A DNA stretch of 64,000 nt from Pleurocapsa minor GSE-CHR-MK 17-07R. GTDB lineage: Bacteria > Chloroflexota > Anaerolineae > Aggregatilineales > Phototrophicaceae. Numbering within the stretch: the stretch's first letter is position 1; the number at the start of each line of letters is the position of its first letter. The notes beneath the pieces are model-generated. The model had not been told where the DNA came from. It ran no database searches and worked only from the letters and a program-made list of their open reading frames with translations. Where the stretch lies: assembly GCA_019359125.1 (NCBI GenBank), contig JAHHHY010000006.1, forward strand, positions 210,030-274,029, read 5' to 3'. Below, piece after piece: positions 57,000 through 64,000 of this stretch. The position numbers and the translations under genes were made by a program.

Positions 57000-58817
57000 T
57001 TACGCCTCGTCCAGCGTGGGCTGGGCGCTGATGCGGATGTCGCGCACGGCCACGCCCAGCAGGCGGATATCCGGGCTTTCCGGGATGCGCTCGCGCGGGG
57101 AGGCCACATGCGGCACGTCCAGCGTCAGCGTGACGATGCGCCCGGGGTCGCTGACGGCGATCGTCCATTCGGCGCACAGCCAGCCCGCCAGCCCGTGGCG
57201 GGTGCCGCGCACCAGCCGCAGCGGCTGCCCGTCGATGCTTACGCGCAGGCCGTCAATCTGGCCCTCGTCCATCGCCGCATGCAGGTCCAGCTCGATCAGG
57301 AATGACTTTCCGGGTGGCAGCGCCAGCGCGACCGTGCTGCGCGTCGCCGGGCCGGTCCAGGCGAAGGGCTGCCCGTCCTCGCCGTGTTCCGGGTCATACC
57401 AGCCATCGGCCAGCGCGGGCGGCTGATGCACCCAGTCCAGGCGTGCCACGGCCTGGCCTTTTTGCAGGCGCGCCACCAGCGCATCCAGCCGGGCAAACGA
57501 GGCCGTTGGCAGCAGCGGCGCGGGCGTGCTGCGGACAGGCCGCAGGCGCACATGGCTGACGGCGATGCCCAGCTGGCGATTGTCTGTGCTTTCGGGGTTC
57601 AGCTCCTGCGGGGAGTAGGTGCGCTCGACCTCAAAGCCCAGCTCGATGACAGGCACGCCGTCAATCTCGATAATCGCCTCCGCTGGAATGCGCCCGGTGA
57701 GGATGTAGCGGGGCGGTTTGAAATAAGGGTCTTTGACTGTAACGTGTTCGAGCAGATTACCGTTGGCAGTCAGTTTCAGCGAGTCCATCAGCCACGGGCG
57801 GATGCACATCGGGATATTGATCTCAAACCAGTGGTCATCGTGCGCAGGCACAGCAAAATACAGATTCGAATATGTTCCCGGCCCCGACCAGATGAAATAT
57901 TCCCAGGCTAACTGTTCTCTGGAAATCCAGTTTTTTCCGAGGACGGGGTCGCTGGCAGCGAAATCGACCTGCTGGCTTTGTGCAGGTTTCATTGTCTGAT
58001 GGCTGGCCGCGTTCGACGGTGTGCGCGCGATTTGCGCCAGCAGGTGATAACGTCGAATGCTTGCCTTCTGCTTTTTCAGAATATCTGTCGCCTGACGATA
58101 TAGAGCAATATCGACCTGATTTTTTGCTTCTATCCTGCGGATTGTTTCCGGGCTGACATCGCTGACACGCAGGCGGTTTTTGGTCACATTAGTTTTGACC
58201 GTTTCCTCAAATGTGAACCAGTTGAACCGCTGGCACATCACATCGAGGAAGGTGTTAAAGTCCTCCACAGTTCCGACAGCCTCTATAGTTTCTAGATTGC
58301 GCGATGCAGTCTGCCACAGTTCGTCGTCGCTGATGTTGTATTCGCGCCTCCAGCCCAGGCTGTGGGCCAGTCGCGCCGCCTGTGAATTATTGACCTCATC
58401 CCATACATCGGGAAAGTCAGACTCGATGAATTCTTCCAGCGGCAGCATGACCTGCTCCGGCACACTTTCTTCAACTTCTATCCCGTTAATGACCACGATT
58501 TCGGGCTTGGCCTGAAAATTGTCATGCCAGTAGCTGTAGTTGGACAGCACGCGTTCTACTGGATCCCGTAGCACAGTGATGATATTCGGTTTCTGAGGAA
58601 AGTAGTGCACAAACTGGTAATCAAAGTGTCCCAGAAAGAGCTTGTATTTATGAATCTCCAGCTTAGGGGTTTGCTGAAGCACCTGAATGCGGTCGATCGG
58701 GAAAATATCCTTCACTGCAAACCTGAATTTCAGCATCTCGCGCAGGGATGATCCCGCTGTTTTTGGCAGATGCAGAAAGTAATACTGGGATGAAGACATA
58801 ACTGTGTTCTGACCCAT
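57000..58817 (-). CDS. Sulfotransferase (Sulfotransfer_2-like) with two C-terminal beta-sandwich modules
   Basis: FLHLPKTAGSS (5'-PSB) and LRDPVERVLSNY (3'-PB); repeated W...E...WSGP/WTGP...R.LG.AV modules. Confidence 0.8.
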   Translation of the reverse strand: MGQNTVMSSSQYYFLHLPKTAGSSLREMLKFRFAVKDIFPIDRIQVLQQTPKLEIHKYKLFLGHFDYQFVHYFPQKPNIITVLRDPVERVLSNYSYWHDNFQAKPEIVVINGIEVEESVPEQVMLPLEEFIESDFPDVWDEVNNSQAARLAHSLGWRREYNISDDELWQTASRNLETIEAVGTVEDFNTFLDVMCQRFNWFTFEETVKTNVTKNRLRVSDVSPETIRRIEAKNQVDIALYRQATDILKKQKASIRRYHLLAQIARTPSNAASHQTMKPAQSQQVDFAASDPVLGKNWISREQLAWEYFIWSGPGTYSNLYFAVPAHDDHWFEINIPMCIRPWLMDSLKLTANGNLLEHVTVKDPYFKPPRYILTGRIPAEAIIEIDGVPVIELGFEVERTYSPQELNPESTDNRQLGIAVSHVRLRPVRSTPAPLLPTASFARLDALVARLQKGQAVARLDWVHQPPALADGWYDPEHGEDGQPFAWTGPATRSTVALALPPGKSFLIELDLHAAMDEGQIDGLRVSIDGQPLRLVRGTRHGLAGWLCAEWTIAVSDPGRIVTLTLDVPHVASPRERIPESPDIRLLGVAVRDIRISAQPTLDEA

Positions 58818-58818
58818 G

Positions 58819-61800
58819 CTAATCCCCGTGCCCGTGTGCTACCTGCTGCTCCAATTGAAGCAGGCGCTGCACCAGCGCGTGATAGTTAGCATTCATATCT
58901 GCATGCACGCTCTCCATGCTGGTAGCAAACTGGTCGGCTATGGCGCCCCGCAAACCATCCGTCTCAGACAGTAAAATATGCTGTAATTCGCGCGCGATAT
59001 CGGCCACGCTGAACTGCTGCTGTGCCATTTGCGCTGCTAGCAGCGTCAGCCTGTCTTGTGTGGTCTGGCTAAGTGTCGACATCTGCTGCGTCATTAACGT
59101 CAGACTGTCTTGCGTGCTTTCGCTCAGCGCCGATATGTGCTGCGTCAGCAGTTCGTCGAAATCTTCCACCACAGCCTTCAGTTCCGCCGACGCATTCTCG
59201 ATCTGTATTGCCAGTTCCTCGCGGGTCGCGGCGATGTGATCGTGAACGATATCCAGCTCTGCCTGATGATGGTCACGCGTCGTCTCCAGGCTGTCCAGGC
59301 GCGGCCAGATGCTCCCTTTCACCTCCACTTCCAGCCCGCTCACCAGCTCCTCGCTGGCCTGTGCCTGCATCTGGGCTGTCGCGGCGGAACCCGCCAGCGC
59401 GGCCATTTGATGCAGCATGGCGCGGTGCAGGTGCATCTGCGCGGCTTCCAGGCGGCCCAGGTTCAGCACGCGCACGACGATGCGGTACAGATAGCCCAGC
59501 ACCGGAATGCGGCGCATGAAGCGGCTCAGCCGCGTGTCGGTGTCGCGCAGGCGAATGGCGTCCCAGTCGGCAAAGGCCTGCTGAAGCGCGTCGATGGACG
59601 CATGTGTCGTGTCTGCCTGCGAATAGCTTGGACTGCCGGTCATAGGCGAAACCTGTCGTTTGGGCATGGGGAACGCGTCGGAAGAGCGGGTCAGCGCATG
59701 CTGATAGTGGCGTTTGCGGGCCGCCTGGCGGGCAATTTCAGCCGGGGCCTGCCGGGCAACCTGCGATAAGGTTTCCTTGAGCACGTGCGCAACCGCCGAC
59801 ATGCTGTGTTCATCGCGCAGGTGAGCGGCTGCGGCCTCTCCGATCTGGCGGGCGCTTTCCGGCTGCTCAAAAACTTTCCGCATCAGCCCAGCGGCGGCAT
59901 CCAGATCAGGCTCTGCCCACATGGCGCTGCCGCTGGCATACAAGGCCTCGTGCGATTCCTGATAGCGGTGCTGCTCGCGGGCGACGGCCGCAAAGCGAAA
60001 AGGCACAGGATAGCTGTTTTCCGCGGTCATGAAGTCCATATTGCCAGACCAGCCCGTGGCGATGACCGGCTTGCCCAGCGCCATCGCTTCCGCCATGCCC
60101 AGCCCCAGCCCCTCCGAGCGATGCAGCGAGACATAGCAGTCGCACCGCGCAATCAGCCCGTACATCTCGTCTCGCGAAAGCTGATCCAGCATCAGCTTGA
60201 TGGGCCAGCCGTGGATACGCCGCTTGATGGCGTCCAGCAGCGCCGGAAAATGATCCAGATGATGCGCTTTCAGAATCAGCAGCGGCCGTTTTGATGCAGG
60301 CAGGTCGCGATAGGCTTTCTGGAAAGCATCGATCACGCCGAACGGGTTTTTGCGTGCGCTGGAGCCAAGCGCGCTGAAGCTGAATAAAAACGTGTATTTG
60401 TCTGTCGGCCAGTCGAAAAAATGCGGGCGCGGCAGCGTCACGACGGGCACATCCAGCGGCAGCGGCACATGGCGCACGGGGATGGGCGACACAGACTGCA
60501 GATTCGCCTGCACATAGCGCGTCGCCACCCAGATTTCATCCAGCCCTGCAAACGCATCCTGCCAGTCCGGCGGAAGCTGGGCCAGCTCGTAGAACCAGTA
60601 GCCGATGTTATAGGCCTGGCTGGCATCCAGTTGTTCGGTCGCATTGAATTTGTCGAATTCCGGCGCGTTCAGCATGAAAATGCGCACCGGATATGCAGCG
60701 CCCGCAGGCGGCGGTGGAAACATCGTCGCCCGAAACAGCGGATCATACGGATACTCGGTGTAGTCCAGCGGGACGCCCAGCGTGCGCAGCGCCGACACCA
60801 GCCCGCGCGCCGCCTGGCTGAGGCCGTTGTCCACATGCAGGTCACCGACGATGGTCATGCCTTCGATGGGCGATACGGCCGCTGGCACGGGCAGTCTGGC
60901 ACAGGTCTGAATCTGAGACAGATAGTGTTTCGCCACGAGCGGCCATGCGGCCTGCTGAGCATACTTGTACGCCTCTTCACGCGCCTGCTGCACTTTCTCG
61001 TGCGTCAGGCCGGCCAGCAGCGCCGTCAGTGTGGGCGCTTCGCCGTCGTCGACCGGCACGCGCCAGCAGAAGCTCTCCGGCAGGTCGGCATACTGGGGCT
61101 GGTCGCTGGTGATGACCGCGCATCCCGCGCCCAGCGCGCGCATGATTGTCCCGGACGTTTCGCCCGTCGTCGGGTGGCGCAGATTGAGGAAGATATCGAC
61201 TCCCTGAAGCAGGTTCTCAAAGGTCTCGAAATCTGTTTCGCCCAGCCAGGTCACCTGTTTCCCAACCGGGCCTTCAAGGATGTCCCGTTTCAGGCGCTGT
61301 GCATATTCCGTCTGATCGTATCCCACGACCAGCAGTCGTGTTCGCTGGAATCGTGTGGGAGCGGTGGAACGCAGTTTTTTCAACGCATTCACTATGGATT
61401 CTATGCGCTTGTTGGCCTGAATGTTTCCAAACACGCCTAGCACCAGGTCGGATTCGCCTGCGTGAAGCGATGCGCGCACCTGCTGTCTGGTGGCGATATT
61501 CCGGCTCGGATGGGCGCCGCTTGGAATGACCGACACCTGCACAGCGGGGTCATAGCGGCGCAGATGCTCGGCACCGAATTGCGAATGCACGATGATGTGC
61601 CCGGCATGGTCGGTGATGCGGCGCAGCATATGGTGTTCGAGATAATCGGTGCTTTTGCCGCCGAAAAACCGCTCGGTCAGCGATTCCGCCGCGCCGCTGC
61701 CATGCTGGTAGGTCATTTCGTCGCGCATGCGCACAGGCCGGCCGCGATGCTGATACAGGAACGAGTAGAACCCCCACAGCGACAGGTCATGCAGCACGAC

Positions 61801-63399
61801 GATGCCGCGTTCGCGCTGGAGCTGGTCGTGAATTTCCTCGTGGAATGCGCAATTGTTGCCCATGTGATAGACATGCACATCCACCGGCGGCACGCGCCCG
61901 GCGGCGTAATCGGCGTAGCTGTACACGCGCACGCCGTCGATCGGTGTCGCGGTTGCTTCCGGCGCGGTGATGACCGAAAACTGCATGCGCGGCGCGGCGG
62001 CGGTCAGCGCGCGCAGCAGATCCATGCTGTAATCGCTGATGCCGGAGGCCAGCGGCGGCAGCGGCGTCCACATCGCCACATGCAGGTCGTCGCGGAGAGG
62101 TTGCGCGGGCATGGGCGGGGCAGGCTGTGGCGCTGGCGCAGGGGCGCTGTCCAGCACGACCGGCGCGGGTTGGCCTTTGCCGCGTGCGAAAGCATAGGCC
62201 ATGCGCGTCCCTTCGCTCAGCCCGGCCTCGGTGAAGCGCGCCGCACTCGCCAGGCCCAGCGCGCGCTGCTGTTCATGCAGCGCATCGTCGGTCAGCAGCG
62301 CGGCAAAGGCCTCTGCCACCTGCGCCGGATTGCGCGGGCGCACTTTCAGCCCGGCGTCCCCGGCCACTTCGCGGCTGGCGCCGTAGTCGGTCACCACCAC
62401 GGGCGTCCCGCACGCCATCGCCTCTGCGATCGGCAGGCCAAAGCCCTCGGCCAGCGAAATGTGCGCCACCAGCCGCGCATGCTGATACAGCGCCGCCATG
62501 GTCGCATCGTCGGTCTTGCCCGTCCACGCGATCTGCCCGCTGATGCCCAGCGCCGCGGCCAGGTCATGCACGTCCTGCGGGACATCCCCGGCAGTCACCA
62601 GCGCGGAGATGACGAGCTGGGTGCGCCCGCGCAGCGCGGTGGGCAGGGCGGCAAAAGCGCGCAGCAGGCCAGAAATATTCTTGTTCTCGCCAAAGCCGGT
62701 CACCGCGAAGATGTAGCGCCCATGAATGCCCATGCGCCGCAGCGAGGCCGGCAGCAGCGCGGGCGACTCGACGAGGGGCGCAAAAATTGGTTCAGGGAAC
62801 GGACTGGCGACGAATACGCGCTCTGGTGCCACGCCCAGCACATCGCTCATATCGCGGCGCGTGGCTTGTGAATTCGCGACGACCGCGCTGGATGCGCGCA
62901 TCAGCATCAGCGCATCGGAGTAGGCCCACATCGCATCCATGTTCGCCGCCAGCGCGCCCGGCGACCGGAACGGAATCAGGTCATGGGCAGTCATGACCAG
63001 CGGCGGTCCTTCCCACGAGCGCGGGGTGTGGTAATAGCCGATGTCATCATAGACGGGCAGGTGCAGGGCGTCGAAGGCATGGCGGCGCGCAAAGTCGTGC
63101 AGGCCGCGCGTATACACGATTTCATCCCGCTTGCGCCAGGTATCGTCTTCGGTAATCAGCCCGGCCGCGTCAAAGTCGAGCGGCACGACCCGCGCCCGGC
63201 CCGTGTGCCGCTGCACGAGGTCGTAGATATCCGCCAGCGGCCCGCTGATCGTGTCCGTGAGCTGATGAAAGAGCAGGAAATCGTCGCCTGGTTCAGGATG
63301 CGCCAGCAGGGCCTTAATGAGCTGGCTGGTCAGCCTGCCCATGCCGCGCAGGGCAGAGCCGCCCTGCAGCACGGAGATGTCGATGCCTGTACGAGCCAT
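58819..63399 (-). CDS. Multidomain glycosyltransferase (three GT4 domains plus C-terminal coiled coil)
   Basis: SLAEGFGLPIAEAMACG; NLRHPTTGETSG; HRSEGLGLGMAEAM; heptad-rich tail. Confidence 0.9.
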   Translation of the reverse strand: MARTGIDISVLQGGSALRGMGRLTSQLIKALLAHPEPGDDFLLFHQLTDTISGPLADIYDLVQRHTGRARVVPLDFDAAGLITEDDTWRKRDEIVYTRGLHDFARRHAFDALHLPVYDDIGYYHTPRSWEGPPLVMTAHDLIPFRSPGALAANMDAMWAYSDALMLMRASSAVVANSQATRRDMSDVLGVAPERVFVASPFPEPIFAPLVESPALLPASLRRMGIHGRYIFAVTGFGENKNISGLLRAFAALPTALRGRTQLVISALVTAGDVPQDVHDLAAALGISGQIAWTGKTDDATMAALYQHARLVAHISLAEGFGLPIAEAMACGTPVVVTDYGASREVAGDAGLKVRPRNPAQVAEAFAALLTDDALHEQQRALGLASAARFTEAGLSEGTRMAYAFARGKGQPAPVVLDSAPAPAPQPAPPMPAQPLRDDLHVAMWTPLPPLASGISDYSMDLLRALTAAAPRMQFSVITAPEATATPIDGVRVYSYADYAAGRVPPVDVHVYHMGNNCAFHEEIHDQLQRERGIVVLHDLSLWGFYSFLYQHRGRPVRMRDEMTYQHGSGAAESLTERFFGGKSTDYLEHHMLRRITDHAGHIIVHSQFGAEHLRRYDPAVQVSVIPSGAHPSRNIATRQQVRASLHAGESDLVLGVFGNIQANKRIESIVNALKKLRSTAPTRFQRTRLLVVGYDQTEYAQRLKRDILEGPVGKQVTWLGETDFETFENLLQGVDIFLNLRHPTTGETSGTIMRALGAGCAVITSDQPQYADLPESFCWRVPVDDGEAPTLTALLAGLTHEKVQQAREEAYKYAQQAAWPLVAKHYLSQIQTCARLPVPAAVSPIEGMTIVGDLHVDNGLSQAARGLVSALRTLGVPLDYTEYPYDPLFRATMFPPPPAGAAYPVRIFMLNAPEFDKFNATEQLDASQAYNIGYWFYELAQLPPDWQDAFAGLDEIWVATRYVQANLQSVSPIPVRHVPLPLDVPVVTLPRPHFFDWPTDKYTFLFSFSALGSSARKNPFGVIDAFQKAYRDLPASKRPLLILKAHHLDHFPALLDAIKRRIHGWPIKLMLDQLSRDEMYGLIARCDCYVSLHRSEGLGLGMAEAMALGKPVIATGWSGNMDFMTAENSYPVPFRFAAVAREQHRYQESHEALYASGSAMWAEPDLDAAAGLMRKVFEQPESARQIGEAAAAHLRDEHSMSAVAHVLKETLSQVARQAPAEIARQAARKRHYQHALTRSSDAFPMPKRQVSPMTGSPSYSQADTTHASIDALQQAFADWDAIRLRDTDTRLSRFMRRIPVLGYLYRIVVRVLNLGRLEAAQMHLHRAMLHQMAALAGSAATAQMQAQASEELVSGLEVEVKGSIWPRLDSLETTRDHHQAELDIVHDHIAATREELAIQIENASAELKAVVEDFDELLTQHISALSESTQDSLTLMTQQMSTLSQTTQDRLTLLAAQMAQQQFSVADIARELQHILLSETDGLRGAIADQFATSMESVHADMNANYHALVQRLLQLEQQVAHGHGD

Positions 63400-63442
63400 G
63401 TCATCCCCCGGGCGACCGCACAATCAGATAAGTGGAATAGCG

Positions 63443-63474
63443 CGGGGCGGGTGACGTCATCATCACCCGCCCCG
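63443..63474. repeat. REP-like perfect hairpin
   Basis: CGGGGCGGGTGA / TCACCCGCCCCG. Confidence 0.7.
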
Positions 63475-63493
63475 TATCTTGACTCGGTGGTGC

Positions 63494-64000
63494 TCAGCCG
63501 CCCAGCTCTGCCAGGCGGTTCTGGATCGCTTCCGGCACGTTGGACAGGCCAACCGCTGCCGCATACTGTGTGTAGGCATTCAGCGCCTCGGCGCGATTGC
63601 CCGCTGCAAAATGCGCGTTGCCCAACACAAGTAAATTCTCGGTATCATTGGGTGCCAGTTCCACTGCCCGTTGGGCATCGGCAATGGCTTCTTCCAGCTC
63701 ACCTGTTGCGATGAAATATCGAGCACGTTCCTGGTAAAGGCGTGGACTTTCGGTGATGTTAATGCCGGTTGTAATTGTAGCAATCGCTGCCTCAATATTG
63801 CCAGCAAGATTCTGTGACGCACCTAGATTGATATAGCCGCCCACGAAATTTGGATTGATCGTTAGCGACTGCTCGTAGTCGGCAATCGCCAGCTCGAATT
63901 CCCCCATGCCCTGATAGACGAAGCCGCGGTCGGCATAAAGGCCGAAGTTGTTCGGTTCAAGGTCGATAGCCGCTGAGAAGCTACCAATCGACAGGTCGTT
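63494..64000 (-). CDS. TPR-repeat protein (5' end beyond the window)
   Basis: Frame stays open to the window edge; YADRGFVY, YINLG, YQERARY, LVLGNAH repeats. Confidence 0.85.
   Translation of the reverse strand, partial: NDLSIGSFSAAIDLEPNNFGLYADRGFVYQGMGEFELAIADYEQSLTINPNFVGGYINLGASQNLAGNIEAAIATITTGINITESPRLYQERARYFIATGELEEAIADAQRAVELAPNDTENLLVLGNAHFAAGNRAEALNAYTQYAAAVGLSNVPEAIQNRLAELGG

Overview
High-GC bacterial chromosomal window. Gene content (PD40/TolB-like secreted proteins, Thr/Pro-linker surface proteins, DUF4012, DUF2723, REP types, no outer-membrane genes) suggests Chloroflexota/Anaerolineae; this is an inference. Left part: MarR plus MBL-hydrolase operon with a clear operator, an oxidoreductase, and a GH63 glucosidase. 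The glucosidase is flanked on both sides by single lower-GC envelope genes, each bounded by its own ~50-bp direct repeat; in one case the repeat supplies the RBS, start and stop codons. A 2505-aa surface protein carries 8 alternating copies of a Cys/His module. Next come tRNA-Arg(ACG) with an adjacent rod-like RNA candidate, a housekeeping block, a NERD-SF1 helicase, a GAF hybrid kinase and an LprG/P55-like lipoprotein-MFS pair. An intact-looking 4-gene phage-derived operon (TerS-like, TerL, two tail-like genes) has no portal, capsid or integrase in the window. The right part is a ~19-kb surface glycan locus (GT4s, DUF4012, DUF2723, Wzm/Wzt, sulfotransferase, triple GT4 with coiled coil). No CRISPR array, integrase or transposase was seen. 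All family calls come from motif recognition by eye; no database searches were run.
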